Assembly (NCBI GenBank): GCA_964016885.1
Contig: OZ024742.1
Coordinates: 213,466,001-213,530,000, forward strand
Length of the DNA: 64,000 nt
DNA from: Eledone cirrhosa
Taxonomy: Eukaryota
Reading direction: 5' to 3'
The position numbers were made by a program, and so were the translations under genes. Below, piece by piece: positions 43,816-60,862 of the stretch. Within the stretch, counting starts at the first letter, position 1. Every line of letters begins with the position of its first letter. Below the pieces are notes generated by a model, which had not been told where the DNA came from, searched no databases, and was given only the letters and a program-made list of their open reading frames with translations.

Positions 43816-44555
43816 TAAAGTTTAAGCAAAGAATTTCTGCTTTCACCCTTAATGGGATCTTCTGAAACTAAAAAAATCAATCTGTGAACGCAGAAGTAAA
43901 TATTTCGAAAAAGGTTGCAGCTGAATGAAAACAGGAAGACGATACTTTGGTTCGTGAAGACGTTCCCTGGCAATGAACGGAAAAAAGCGAAGATAATACG
44001 TCATTATGTGGAGTGCTGAGAACAATTACACGCAAAGACAAAACCACGTTTATGGTACAAATGAAGTCGTAGACTAATATTCTATTTAGGAAACCGAATG
44101 ATTTTCGGCTTCAATGTTAAGAATAATTGTTTCTACTTTTGGCACAAGACCAGCAATTACCCAGTGCATTACTGGTACTTTATTTTATCGACCCGTAAGG
44201 ATGAAAGGCAAAGTTAACCTCGGCGGGATTTGAACTCAGAATGGAAACGGCCGTAACTCTATGCATCAAAGCATGGCGTCCGACCCTCTACCGATACTGC
44301 CAATCTACTTAAGGATAATGTAAATAAATTAGTAGAACAAAAATGACAGAGGTTATTGAAATCAACAATAATTAAATATATACATACACGCATCCATATA
44401 CGTACATACACATGCATACGCGAAAACACCCACCATGCATGCATATACAAGCACGTACACATAAACACGCGCACGCATACATAAACCCGCGCGACAACTG
44501 TACCTGCACACATACGAACGTATACACCAAATACACATAAAAAATATATATATAG

Positions 44556-44640
<85 letters not shown>

Positions 44641-45813
44641 TGTGTGTGTGTACATATAATTATATAGACGTATATAAATATACACACCTAAAACGTTTAT
44701 AACGCACGCACACAATACCTACATATGTTCACTAAACGTACGTCAAACAAACCACAAATTACACATATACACACCTTACATACGTGGAGACACGCATACA
44801 CACACAAACACAAAATACACATATACACATAACCATATACACATGTACCAGTATATATAATAAAATATCTACACTTATAACAAATACAAGCAAATATACG
44901 TACGAGAAAGTATACGTACCTTCACAAAACATACGGGTAGGGTATACTTACCTATACAAATAAGTAATGGTATAAACATAAAATATACTTAGCAACCACA
45001 TCAAGACGTAAATTATCCGCGTATTGTTCGTACTATCCGTTAGGGTATAATGTGGGGCTGTAATACAGGAAAGATTTATGTAATTTATGTTTACAAGCCG
45101 AAATTGTGTTTCAACTTTACATTTGTAGACAATGTTACTAGAGAGGCATTTCCCGGATAGGGGGCAGTCAACCCGATTCCTACAATTACAGTTAGTACTA
45201 GCTACAGGGTTGCACGTGTTCCTACGGCTAGGTAATTAAGCTAAATTTCAGTGTATGTACGTATATGAATGAGTATATATTTAATTATTGTTGATTTCAA
45301 TAACCTCTGTAATTTTCGTTCTACTAATTTATTTACAGGTAGAGAGTCGGACGCCATGTTTTCCAGCATAGTTACGTCCCTTTACGATCTGAGTTCAAAT
45401 CCCGCCGAGGTTAACTTTGCCTTTCATCCTTACAGGGTCGATAAAATAAAGTACCAGTAATGTACTGGGTAATTGCTGGCCTTGTGCCAAATGTAGAAAC
45501 AATTATTCTTAACACTGAAGCCGAGAATCATTCAGTTTCCTAAATAGAATATTAGTCCACGACTTCATTTATACCATAAACGTGGTTTTGTCTTTGCGTG
45601 TAATTGTTCTCATCACTCCACATAATGATGTATTATCTTTGCTTTTTCCCGTTCATCGCCAAGGAACGTCTTCATGAACCAAAGTATCGTCTTCCTGTTT
45701 TCCTTCGGCTGCAACGTTTTTCGCAATATTTACTTCTGCGTTCACAGATTGATTTTTTTAGTTTCAGAAGATCCCGTTAAAGGCGAAAGCAGCGATTCTT
45801 TGCTTAAACTTTA
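43816..45813. mobile_element. Large inverted-repeat element, about 550-bp arms each containing a SINE
   Basis: 43816-44383 vs 45273-45813 inverted, roughly 90% similar by eye; SINEs at about 44128-44308(-) and 45338-45505(+). Confidence 0.8.
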
Positions 45814-45832
45814 TTCTGTTAGTTTAATAAAT

Positions 45833-45869
<37 letters not shown>

Positions 45870-45959
45870 AATATATATATAAATATATATATAAATATAT
45901 ATATATATATGATATATATCTGTGTGTGTGTGTGTGCTGTACCTACACCAACACTTTCT

Positions 45960-46800
45960 GACTTTTATTTCCCACTCCTTCAACCCCAGCTATGTATTCC
46001 ACTTCATCCAGTTCTATCCATATTAATTTCAATCACTTCTCTTACTTCATCCTTCCTCAACACATTGTCCAACCACATTCCATTTCTCTTCACAACATTC
46101 ATCCCTGGATCTATTTACATTATTCTCGTCAATCCAATGTTTGTCTTGCACTCTCTCAGTAATCCACTGCTCATCCACGCAACGTTTCTCATTTTCGATC
46201 TTTATCAACCTCTCCGATGCTCAATGATCATCACCAATGTCTCGTTCTCATATATGATAGCACTTCTCACACATGCAGAAGACAACTTTCCCTTTAGTTT
46301 CAGCAACACTCCCTTCTCATTAGCACCCTACTTAGTCCCCTGAACATCTTCATACACATCTCACTCAATATTTTATTGTGGAGGCTGATCAACCTTCACC
46401 ATTGATCATGTCTCTAAGGTAACAAAATATTTTCACTCCTTCCATCTTCACATCAATCTTAAGATCTAATCCAATATGCTTTCTATATGTAAATCCCGCC
46501 ATAAACCCTTTTCATTTAAGTGTAGCAGCCGCATTATTTACCCATTCCTTCATACCATTACATTTTCAATGTACCAACCCAGTGTATATTGTAAATTTAA
46601 TACAGTTTATGATAATACACCTCCTGCACACAACATTTATTTCCATTGCACCGAATGCTTTACCACTTGCATCACCTCTTCTTTCCGATACTCACCTTCT
46701 TACGGTTTCCCTCCATACAAATATTTCTACCACTTATTCATCTTCACCCTCAGTCCATCCTAACTCTCTGCTATTTAGACTTGGTCATCTGCGTACGGCA
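45960..46800 (-). pseudogene. Decayed RTE-type LINE RT C-terminal fragment
   Basis: Minus-strand remnants FCYLRDMI and KGKLSSACVRSAIIYENETL resembling FCYLGD / KGKLY.ACVRS.MLYGSETW. Confidence 0.6.
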
Positions 46801-46889
46801 GCATCTATAAGTTTCCCTATATATGCATACACATCCATACTCACACACTCACACCCACGCATCCGATTGTACATACAGACACACACACG

Positions 46890-47008
<119 letters not shown>

Positions 47009-47316
47009 ATATATATATATATATGATTAAATCTTTTAAATGATAAAAAGAATAGCGTCCTCTGCTTTAATTAGTATTAATTGTCATTCGTTATCAATAT
47101 TACTTCACTAACTAGAATCAATTGGATTAAAGATAAGAATCTTTAATTCATCAAATTAATGATGCAGATCTTATTTCTGAAAAGAGGACATATGCTAATC
47201 TCTCGTCATATAGTTTTCCTTTTCTTTTGGACCGAAAGCTATAAAATAGAATATTCATAGAAGAGAGAATGCATCCATAAGACAGGCAGATAGATAGGAA
47301 AGGAGAGAGAGAGAGA

Positions 47317-47357
<41 letters not shown>

Positions 47358-48224
47358 GGAGTGAGAGGGAGAGAGGGAGAGAGAGAGAAAGAGATAGAGA
47401 AAAGGGGAGTGAGAGAGAGAGTGTGGTATTTATCTCAATATTTTTCCTATTTTCTTTTTATAAAAGATATTTATTCTAATGATTGCAATGTATTGTTTCT
47501 GAATGATGATAAAGCTAGTATAACTGCCGAGTTTATTGTCAACATATGCTAACGAGTAATTACTATTATAATTGATAAACATCTGTCACGTTAAACGATT
47601 ATCTTTTTCCTAATCACCCTTTTTGCAAAATCACAAGCAGCGTAGGGTCATTTATTTATCTTGGGTCTCTGTGACAAGTGAACGAAAGAGAAAAAATGTT
47701 CATCATGATAACTGACGTTGAACAACCAATCATGCTTCAATTCCACAGAGCCATCGCTGGTTACAGTGGTCAGTTATTATATATCCTTTGGTAACTGCTT
47801 AGAAGTAAATGAGAACCTCTCAGAGAGCCTCCTTGTGGTCAAAATCAAAGGTAAATATCGTAACAGAAACGAAAGCTAAGTCTTCAGACAGAAATTGAAT
47901 CCAAATCTTTTTCATATAATACGTTGCCATCTTAAAAAAGAGAAGGGAACATTAGATAATGTAATTCTAAGCTTCCCCCCAAAATACGGTAGGGTCACAT
48001 CTGAAATGCCTTTAATTATAAGTGAGCTCAATCATGTTTCACCTTGAGCTAAATAACAACGACACCAGTTTAGATGTAAGAGCACTGCTCTGTTGAGATT
48101 GTGTTAACATTTAATATAACTAAAAGAATATATGCGGTGGAGAAGAAAAACACAATATTACCCAATGACTAATTAATATTATTATTATAGTTTTGGCTTG
48201 GCAAATGTATTTTTGATATGATAG

Positions 48225-48690
48225 TGGTTTCTGGTTTAGGCACAAAGCCAACAGTTTTGGAGGGAGGGAAAAGTCGATTAAATCGACCCCAGTGCATTTA
48301 TTAGTGCTTTATTTCCTCGACACTGTAAATATGAAAGCAAACTTAACCTCGGCGGGATTTGAACTCATAATATAAAGGGCCTTAACTCTATGCCACAAAG
48401 TATGTTGTCCGACGACCTACCTATACTGCCCATCCACCACCCTTATTGACAATATAATAATGGTTTCTTATTTAGGCACAAGGCCAACAATTTTGGCCAA
48501 CAATTTTGGGGGAGGAGAAAGTCGATTAAATCGTCCCCAATGCGTGACTGGTACTTTATTTTATCGACCCCGTAAGGATGAAAGACAAAGTTAACCTCGG
48601 CGGGATTTGAACTTAGATCATAAAGGGCCGTAACTCTATGCTGCAAAGCATGTTGTCCGACGCTCTGCCGATACTGCCAATCGACCGCCC
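48225..48690 (-). mobile_element. Two tandem tRNA-derived SINEs (long variant)
   Basis: 48225-48442 and 48462-48690; TATTGACAATATA flanks the second. Confidence 0.88.
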
Positions 48691-49166
48691 TGTATTGACA
48701 ATATAATAATGAATAATAATGAATGAATCACTAAATAAATATACAAGATTGTACATTGGTTGGCGAGGGAAAATAATGACATCATTCACACAAAAAGCAA
48801 TAATTCTGTTACTGTCAACATATTTAATGCAGTTACAAATAATTAATCTAGCGAAAAATACACAATCAGACTGATACATATTTTTTTGTAAATTCAAGAG
48901 GCAGCAGCTTCAATATGTTTAGATCTTTGCTCAATGTAAAACTCAAAGATATAGTTCACTATATATATATATATATATAAATATTAATACAATAACAGAG
49001 AAAGCTTTACGCTAAACTCCGACTGGTAACCATCTCACTCAACAAACATTAGGTTATATGTTAGTATAAACCCAATTTAGTGTCTGGGGTGCCAACTATA
49101 TGTATTTTGTGGAAAGCCAGTTGTATTATTTTATATATCTCTCTTTCCAAACAATTGTTTCATTAT

Positions 49167-49233
<67 letters not shown>

Positions 49234-49338
49234 AATAAGTTATTCCGGGTTGAATCGGAGGTAACCACAGTAAGTATGGTACTAAATACATACCAGAGTA
49301 TAAAAGTTTTAATATAGAAGCTCTTCTATATTAAAACT

Positions 49339-49402
<64 letters not shown>

Positions 49403-50214
49403 ATATAATTATCTATGTATATATCGTCATAAGGTCACGTGTGATAAGAGAGGGCACGGATGATTAAATCAATCCTAGTAATTGAATGGTACTATTTAAC
49501 CGTCTCTGGAAAAAGGAAAAACTTAGACGGTAGAGGAATTTATCCGTCAGTCTACTAATTTTGCTACAGCCGCCGCTCTACCCTAGACACCTCCCGAAAT
49601 TAGTGTATAAATGTTCATAAGAAATACATTTAAAATGAAATGAAAAAAGATAATTTTGAAATTCTTGTGTTAAAAAATAACGATTTATAATGAGGTCACT
49701 CTAGCTAACAACACAAGTTGAACAAAATTAAACAGTGGCGTGTATGATTTCTCCGAAGGAATTAGTGAAGTAAGTGAAATAACTAGAAATTAGTAATAGA
49801 ATTTGTCTCAGGATCTGTAAGTCGAAAACTAACACAACGGCTCAGCTGGCAGTGGAAAACATTTAATATGTATTTTTAAAATAAAGTAATTAGAAAAAGT
49901 ATACAATAAAATTAAATCAATAAGATTAATTAAAAACGAGAGCAATTTGAAAATTTGAAAATAAATGAAAGATCCTTATCACATTTCTTCTCAAATATTT
50001 AGCATGCATTTCTCATTTGTTGCTGATGAAATACATAGAAGAAAAAATAACAGCACAACCCAGAATACACGGATTTCAATCAATATATATAAGGTTGTTT
50101 GGCGAGTGCTGTTTAGCACGACGTAAAGCTCGGTAAAATGACGACTGTGATATAGTTCGCCTTTACATTCGAAGCAAATTTCGTCTTGCCTATGGTTGAT
50201 GAGTGTCAGAATCG

Positions 50215-52955
50215 GCCAAATAATGCATTGCATACAATACACGTACCATCAATGACCGTAACACCAACCCTCGTGAGACAATGATGCATCAACTTGAGAA
50301 AGTAAACTGGAATATTATCGGACTATCAGGGGCTAAATCAAACGAAAACAAAATAACGATACACCAAGATACCGGACACCAAGCAATGTGAATCGTCGCA
50401 TGAATGGAGTGGGTTTCTTGGTGAACAAAAAGTGCGCATCATTAGTACACAACTATCAACCTATATCAGACAGACTAGCTGTTCTGAGTTTGAAAAGTAA
50501 GTTTTGTAAACTAGTACTTATCCAGTGCTATTTTCCCACATCTACACATCCAGATGAAGAGATCAATGAGTTATACGGCAACATACAGGCCATTATAGAT
50601 AAGACACCAAAGAGAGATCACCTCTTTCTGATGGGTGACTTTAACTGTAAAGTTTGGCAACGGAATCAATAATTCCCATCAAGTATTGAGAAATATACCT
50701 CAGGTACATTTAACTTGAGAGGTGAGTTTCTAGCCAATTTTTGTACGAAGAATAATCTGCAGATCACCAATACAATATTCTTTCAAAAGAAAGACCTGTT
50801 TACTTGGATATCACCAGACAGTATAACTAAGAATCAAATAGACTTTATAATAGCAAGAACATTTCCAGCAAGATCAAGTATATTAGACAACACTGCTCTT
50901 AACACTCCTGATATATCTGACCATCGAATGGTGTGCACACAATTTCGTATCAACTTTGTTTGGCCACAAATAACTAAAATACCATCGAAAGTTAACTTAG
51001 TCAAACTCTCATGTAACGAAACAGCAAGCCGATTCAAACTCGAGTTGAAAAGCCGCTTTTCAGCTTTGCAATCAGATGAAGACGCCGACAAGATTTATGA
51101 TACTATCTGCAGAGGCATAAAAGAGGTATCAAAAGAGATTTTACTTAAGGAAAGCCTTTCCATCTCACAGTGGATGTCACAACAAACAAAGAAAGCAATA
51201 TCTGAAAAACATAGCATCAGAAGAGAATATGGCCACACATCAGCAAAGGTTGAAACCCCAAAACTTGTTAAATCAGACAAACTTAAGCAAATATACAACA
51301 ACCTTCCTCTCCACAGGTTATATCTTAAACTAAAGACTAAACCAAGAAATCTTAGTTGGGGCATTAAAGAATCAAACGATACTATCCGTACTTCCAAAGA
51401 TGATATCCTTGAACGCTGGGCTAAATTCTATGTGGAGCTGTACTTTAGCAACTCAGAACCAACAACCATTCATGATTCAACATCAGATGCCATTCCATCT
51501 ATCTTAGCTAGAGAGATATCTCATGCCATCAAACATTTGAAGCGAGGAAAAAGTCCTGGACTGGAAAACATATACTCAGAATTCGTCAAAGCTGGAGTTG
51601 AACCAATTATCAAAGCACTTCAACATCTTTTTAACTGCATTATCACTACCGGAAATATCCCAGACATGTTCAAGAAAGCATTGATTGTTGTACTCTACAA
51701 AACAAGTCCCATCAGCCTATTGAGTCATGTTTACAAGCTTTAGATGAGTATCATTGCAGCACAAGTGAAGCCTCATTTCAAGAAACAAACTGCGTATCAA
51801 CCTGGAAGAGGCACCATTGAGCAGATCCTAGCTATTGAACAAATCATTGAGAAGTCAATAGAATTCAACAACCCTATACACACCAACTTCATTGACTTCA
51901 CAAAAGCTTTTGACAACGTGAAACTACTCAGCTTGTGGCAACTCTTAAACAAAACCTCAATTAACAAGAAATACATCAACCTACTGAAAAAATCTTTCAC
52001 CAACTCAACAGCATATATCAAAACAGATTTGTGAACTACACTGTCTATAGACATTTTGAAGGGAGTTAAGCAAGGAGGGTGTACTATCAGCACTTCTTTT
52101 CTGTATAGTTATAAGTGCACTTATCTACCAAACTGAAGAAGAATGCTCCTCCGGTTATCAAATAGGAGATCAAATCTTATGAAATCTTAGATATGCAGAC
52201 GATCTGGCCATCATGAGTTACTCTAGAACTGATCTGTAAGACTTTCTGAATGTACTGGCCGAATATTCACTAGACGCTGGCTTACACATCATCATCTCCA
52301 AAACAAAATGTATGACAACTGATAAAAACAATGCCAATCTCCAACTCACAATCTACAACCAGCAAATTGCTCAAGTTATGGAGTCTGTATATCTCGGTCA
52401 CAAACTATCCTCAAACAACTATGGAATGGTCATTGTGCAGTATCGCATCACTCTGGGTTGGGCAGCTTTCAATAGCAACAAGGAATTGTTAACATCAAAA
52501 CGAATTTCTTATCATTTGAAGGCTAAGATGTTCGATACTTACATCCTACCAGTTGTGTTATATGGTCTTCATTGTGTTAACTGGACGACGAGGTCACTTC
52601 GGAAGCTCTCTACATTCCAGAACCACATCATGAGACTTATGACTGGCAAACTGCTCAGAGACCATATCTGTATCAGTAGGCTAAGACCAATTACATAGGT
52701 TGTCAGGTTAAGAGTGCTTAAACTGTATGGTTATATCAAAAGATCAACTCGTGGTGTGAGTAAGTTATGCCTAGAAGGAAGTTGGCTGGTTAGAGAAGCA
52801 GAGGTCGGCAGCCAAAACGATGGTTTGATAATGTCAACTTATGGACTGGACTTTACCTTTGCCCTTTAAACAACTTTGCTGTTGGTGATCGAACTTTGTG
52901 GAGAAAAATATCTCATGTTGGTGTGCAGACTGCAACCGGCGGAGTTTAGCATCAA
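50215..52955 (+). pseudogene. Nearly full-length decayed RTE-clade LINE (APE endonuclease plus RT)
   Basis: GVGFLV, IQCYFPT, MGDFNCKV, NQIDFII, SDHRMV, KSPGLENI, FIDFTKAFD, GVKQG, YADD (52191-52202), YLG; multiple stops and frameshifts. Confidence 0.92.
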
Positions 52956-53067
52956 GAGAGATATTAGAAATGTGTATATTTATATACACGTTGGTGCAGT
53001 CCCGGTTACCTACTCTGTATTTATACAAATATGACTTTATAGTACACTTCGACTGCTAGCACACTTC

Positions 53068-53159
<92 letters not shown>

Positions 53160-53251
53160 GTATGTAAAAGGTAAACAGAAATAACAACACAATCGGTACA
53201 GTACATGGAAGGTAATATATTAGGTTAACGCTTGATATAGCAGGAAGAGGG

Positions 53252-53287
53252 TCTTAACGTTTCGGACGGTAGTCCTTCATCAGAAGA
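53252..53287 (-). ncRNA. Minimal type I hammerhead ribozyme, family G
   Basis: TCTT-CTGATGA-A-GGAC-TACC-GTCC-GAAA-C-GTT^AAGA; loopless palindromic stem III (AACGTT). Confidence 0.8.
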
Positions 53288-53326
53288 AAGAATGACAAAT
53301 AAAATAGATTGAGGAGACGGGCGGGT

Positions 53327-54992
<1,666 letters not shown>

Positions 54993-55304
54993 GGAATCAT
55001 CAGAGCTTTAAAAATAAAATTACAATGCTGAGTATAGGCTCTACCGAGCTTCGTCACATGAACATTAGAAATACAATAGGGGGCAACCAGAGGGAGATCG
55101 GAAATGATGAGTATGGAGAGAGTGCATAGTGGGGTTGTTATTCAGCACTACAGCTAAATGCAATGGTACAGGCATATTTTTTCACAAGATGCAGAAGCAC
55201 GTGAGGGCACAGAAAAGCAAAAAATATAAACAATATTTAAAATATATAATAATAAAGTAAAAGGATAATAATAATATAAAGATATAAAAATTTTTTTTTA
55301 AAAA

Positions 55305-55450
55305 GAAAAAAGAAAAAAGAAAAAAGAAAAAAGAAAAAAGAAAAAAGAAAAAAGAAAAAAGAAAAAAGAAAAAAGAAAAAAGAAAAAAGAAAAAAGAAAA
55401 AAGAAAAAAGAAAAAAGAAAAAAGAAAAAAGAAAAAAGAAAAAAGAAAAA
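55305..55450. repeat. (GAAAAAA)n heptamer tandem repeat
   Basis: Direct reading. Confidence 0.95.
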
Positions 55451-56801
55451 GTTTTCTAAGGCACACAAAAAACAGAGGAAGCTGTGCGTTGGTTACTATA
55501 TATAACAGGTGATTTAGTTCTCCATAACTTAGAGTTATAGAAATACTAAAAGGCTCCCAAGGTACCTTCAGAAATCCCAATTGGGATTTTATTCCTCCTC
55601 ATAGTATACATAATCAAGGTATACTTGTAGGTTACGGAATTATGTGGACCATGGGTGCTATACCTGTATGTATACATGCACCACATAAATAAATACAGGC
55701 CAAACAAGCAATGCAGGTTTATTGCATGATCAGGCTAAAGCAAATGACATAACAAAAATGGTTAAGTCCCTGATAAAACACACATCTGGCGAGGAGTCAC
55801 AACATATTCATATCTACCGAAGAGGTTATAAAGATAGTCAATTATCAGTAGATAGTAATACGGTCCAGAGTTTACAACATATGTAGATGGTCCTTAAAGT
55901 TCAAACCAGTCGGATTTAAGCGATCACCAAAACAAAACATCACATATATAATACAGGTTGAATACACGCATCCAAAAAATCCCCACGTGTTCAAAATCCC
56001 AATCGTGAGGCACAATGTGTCTGAGTCGCAGCTCCGGATTCTGTACAACCAAATTCACCACATTTAATCCAGCCGCAATACATCAAGATGATGCCAGGTT
56101 AAGCGTAGCAGTAATACACTGTTGGTCAACAATGGCACGTGGACTAACAAACTATACAAAATAGAAAATAACACAAAGTGCTCAAATCAGTAAATCTACC
56201 GGGTACCTCAATATGTCTATTAGGTGGGGTCATACCCAAAACAGGCATATACAAATTATCTAAGACAGCTTACATAACACGCGGAGATTTAGGAATTCTC
56301 CATCAAAAATAAACACACGCTACTTCATTCTTCGCCACTATGCAAAACACATCAATAAATGACGTAAAAGGCAGCTACACGTTACGTCTTCCTCACCGCT
56401 ACGGGTATATACAGATCAATTCATGACGTAAAATTTACATACGGAGTGTTACTCCCTCCAATCACCAAGTGACGACATTACAGTGGTAAAAAAAAGGGCG
56501 GGGGACTAATCTAACGTGTTAACTATAAGGCTATTTAATTCGAACTGTCACCAGAAATTTAAATTTTAATCACTAATTAAATAATCGTATTAATTCAACA
56601 ATATGTGTACCAAAAAAAAAAAACATTATTATTAATTATTATTAATGAACCTCCAGTATATTCAAGTGTGTCATACTAAATACTATTGAATCATTGTTTT
56701 TTTATGATATGACAATAAGCTCAGGGATAGCTATACTAATTCTAATATGGGGGAGTGTAGTTAAATAGATAGTATAAAAATAGGTTCTATGGTAAAGGTA
56801 A

Positions 56802-56859
<58 letters not shown>

Positions 56860-57748
56860 TATTTATATATATATGTGTGTGTGTGTGTGCAAGCATCTGT
56901 GTATCTATGTGTATGTATATGTATGTATCAATGCATATATGTATGTGCGTGTATGCATTTATACTTATGTGTGCATGGTTTCAGATTGTTTACTACTTGT
57001 GATCATTTCAGGCTCGAAGAAAATGTCAAAAATTATAGTTATGTTCATCCAACCGATCTTTGGAAAACAATATCAGGAAATTTCTATTACTATTACATGT
57101 CAGCTTGTATAATCGTTAGGAAATATCACTGTCTATTCAGTAGTATGTCATGAATAGTAAATATTGATATCGTGATCATAACATGATTACTAAAGCTAAC
57201 TTTTCTGTATAGAGACAATCTGGAAATGTCTATAGATGTCATTAAACTGTGTATCGTTTATATAGTCGTGTGCGATATAGACTGTGTAGAAGATATGCTA
57301 TATAACCTTAAACTACTGCAACGTGATATATCTGTCTGGACCTGTAACTCCTGGGGGAGTCGTATGGATGCTGCATTGATATACAGCGTTTCTAGTGCAG
57401 TTTTAAACCTGGTGGAGACCCTCTTATCTCCAGGTTTGAATACAGCAGATTTCTTCCAGAGAAGGGGAGAGAGTGAGAGAAAGGAAGTGAGAAAGAAATA
57501 TAGAATCGACTCTAGTACTGATACTTTTTTATCGACCTCGGAAGGATGAACGGTAAAGTTGACCTCGGCGGATTTGAACTGGGCGAGCAGAGAGCCGGAA
57601 CAAGTATTCTCTGAAGTTGAGCAGCAAATCTGTTCTTTTTTTTTAATTACTTGACAAATATTCATTTTTTTTTCTGTTGCAGTCGTTGTTCTTTTATTTA
57701 TTTATTTTTTTTCTGTTGCAGTCGTTGTTCTTTTATTTATTTATTTTT

Positions 57749-57819
<71 letters not shown>

Positions 57820-58169
57820 CTTTTCTTTTTTTAGAGTGTCGGGACGAGTAGAACCCGAAGTTGAGCAGAAAAAGGACACATAGGGAGAGAAAGGAAGTGA
57901 GAAAGAGATATAGAAAAATAATCGACCCCACTGCTAGACTGGTACTTTTTTTTTATCAACCTCGAATAGAAGAAAGGCAAAGTTGACCCATCGAAACCTC
58001 GGTAATTGCATGAGAAAATGTAAAATCATAATTTTTCTATTTTCTATAACATGGCCAAAATTCGGAGAATTTTCATATTACTGTTTGAAAAGATGTATCC
58101 CAGCAAGACAGAGTAAGTCATGTAGATGGGCAGAATAAATAATAGTCGGTTTCTTCACGAGACTTGTAG

Positions 58170-59218
58170 ATTTATTATTAATTTCCGGTTGGTTGGTTGG
58201 TCCGATAACCGCATGCGCAACCCAAAGAATTAGAGAGACGCATACAACACTTCAACCATAGTATACAGTTCTCTGGCTGCAATCAGAAAGACAAGATCAG
58301 GGTGTATAAAGGAGCCAGAACCAAATGGGCAAAGATTGTAGAAAATGATACAAATGTGACTTGCCCCATGTATAGGAGCAAATTTTGGAACAGAATAGAA
58401 AGGATTAAAAATAGGGCAAATAAAATCAACTCATGGGATGATAGCAATAAATACCATAGTGTAATGTTTGTCAATACAACCCCTAGAGGTGAATTAGCTT
58501 ACAGATTTAGAAGGGCCCTAGATAAGCTCAAATTAAATTTTAAGTAGGTTGAAAGACCAGGTATTCCCATAAAAACCCTAATTAGTAAAACATACCAATT
58601 TCAAAGATCCTCCTGTGCTGATAGAAAATGCATAGTCTATAAGCTGAGCCCGCAAACTGACTGCAAAACTAGGAACGTATTATATAGCATAAGATGTACT
58701 GAGGGACAATGTAGGAATAAGAACATAACATATTTAGGTGAAACAGCTCGTAACATAGGAGAAAGGGTAGGTGAACACTGGTGAAAACTCCAGGATGAGA
58801 AAAACTCATTAGTACTCCACCAACATGCCAAAATAGAACATAGGAGCACAGAAAAGATGCAATGCTCAGACAAATCACAGAAGCAACAAACATTAACTCC
58901 AACCAAAATTAAACAGAAAACATGAGTGGAATAGCAACATCACAACTAGTAATTAACGACAAAATGAAGACATACAGACACACACAAAAACCAAACTAAC
59001 AAAATAAATCAGACACACACAGATAGAACAAACAACCAACTAGTGACAAGTAAATAAACACATAAATAAATAAAAACACACCCGGATGTAACGCATACGC
59101 AAACTAAGCACACAACACACAACGCACAAAAACAAGATGGTTTAGAACAGAACAGAGGAGAGACACATAAAAAACCTAGTCACTGAGGAGATTACAGAAT
59201 GTGTGACGAAGGAGCTTT

Positions 59219-59280
<62 letters not shown>

Positions 59281-59635
59281 ATACTTTGGGAGGGTCATGT
59301 TGCCAATAAGAAACACACGCACCAGTTGCTTTCACTTCAATTTATTATATATTTATAAATTTATAAATTTACAAATCTACAAACTTATAAATTTCTGGTT
59401 GGTTGGTTGGTTCCACAACCAGATAGTTGTTTATATATAGTCATAGTCCTTTCGTCACACACTCTGTGACCTCTTCAGATATTGGCAACATGACCCTCCC
59501 AAAGTATAACAATATCGGTTTCAACACACGATTTCAGATAAAGAATCTTGCTAAACAAATTCAGAAACGAAATATATATATATATATATTGTCAAAGCTA
59601 TTTTGTCACACATTCTGTGACCTCCTCAATATATA
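58170..59635 (+). mobile_element. Family H Penelope-like element remnant with multiple rearranged terminal repeats
   Basis: PRGELA..VERPG..C.DRKC..DCKTRNVLYSIRC..C..YLGETAR.IGERVGEH..HQHA at about 58300-58935; HHR copies at 59177-59223(+), 59438-59478(-) and decayed about 59590-59630(-). Confidence 0.85.
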
Positions 59636-60027
59636 TATTATGGTTAAGTATAGAATGGCAATTCTATCAACAAATGTTTTATTTTATACAGATTTCTTTT
59701 TTATTATAATGAACTGCAATGGCTCCTTGGAAACAGCGTGGCTGGGGTGGGTTCTCTACGTAGTCGTTGAATGTAATAGATAATAGCAGCCATAAATTTC
59801 AACTGAAATCACCTGTTTTAAGAAAAGAATGACTATATTATTGACTAATGATGTGATCTTAGATGTATCATGTCTGAAAAATGGAACGGTCATGACTGGA
59901 ACGCCGTCCACCATTGTTCTTCTCGATCATGACTAGCTAGAAGTTAAGCAATAAAAAGTAACCTCAAAGGATATTTAGAATTTTCTGGATGAAATTTGAA
60001 ATGAAAGTAAATAATCTAAGTAGCATA

Positions 60028-60081
<54 letters not shown>

Positions 60082-60644
60082 GCATTAGAAAGAGAAGAGA
60101 AAAATTGAGAGAGAGAAAGTGAGGAAAAAAAGGGAAATGGGATAGACAAGGAGAAGAGAGAGAGAGAGGGACACAATACAGAAAAAGATAGAATGAGAGA
60201 GAGAGAAAGAGAAAGGTGCGGGAGGGGGGTATAGATAGATAGATAGAGAAAGAGAGAGTGAGGGAGGGAAGGGACAGTAGAAAGTGAAGAGAAAGTGGGG
60301 AGAAAGTGGGAGATGGGATAGACAAGGAAAGGCTAGAAAGATAAAGAGCGGGGACTAGATAAATAGGTAGAGAAAGAGAGAGGGGAGAGTAATATTCCAA
60401 AATTACCATTTTATAAAAAAATGTATATACTTCAGTGCTTCATTTAATAAGAAGAGTTAGATTTGAAATAGCTGATAAAAAAAAGAGAGAGAGCGAAACC
60501 TCTCTAAGCTCGAAGGATATCATAAAAATGTTTAGTGTGTCAGCATTACGTGAAAACATAGAGCGCATAATAAACACTTACCTTCATATGTCATTAAGCT
60601 ATTTCATTTCTATTTGTCATGGTGTTAAAATATGTTTGCAAAAG

Positions 60645-60862
60645 GGCGGTGAATAGTCAGTGTCGGTAGAGCATCCGACAAAATGCTTTGCGGCATATAG
60701 GAACGTCCCTTTACGTTCTGAGTTCAAATCCTACCGAGGTTAGCTTTGCTTTTCATCCTTATGTGGACTATAAAATAAATTATCAGTAATGCACTGGTGT
60801 CGATTTAATCGACTTTCTTCTCCCCCCAAAATTACTGGCCTTGTGCCTAAATCAGAAACCGT
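60645..60862 (+). mobile_element. tRNA-derived SINE (long variant, older)
   Basis: GGGCGGTG start, B box GAGTTCAAATCC, consensus 3' half. Confidence 0.85.

Noticed and set aside
56984-57153. Possible exon after a TTTCAG acceptor
   Set aside because: No recognisable protein similarity or clear donor site
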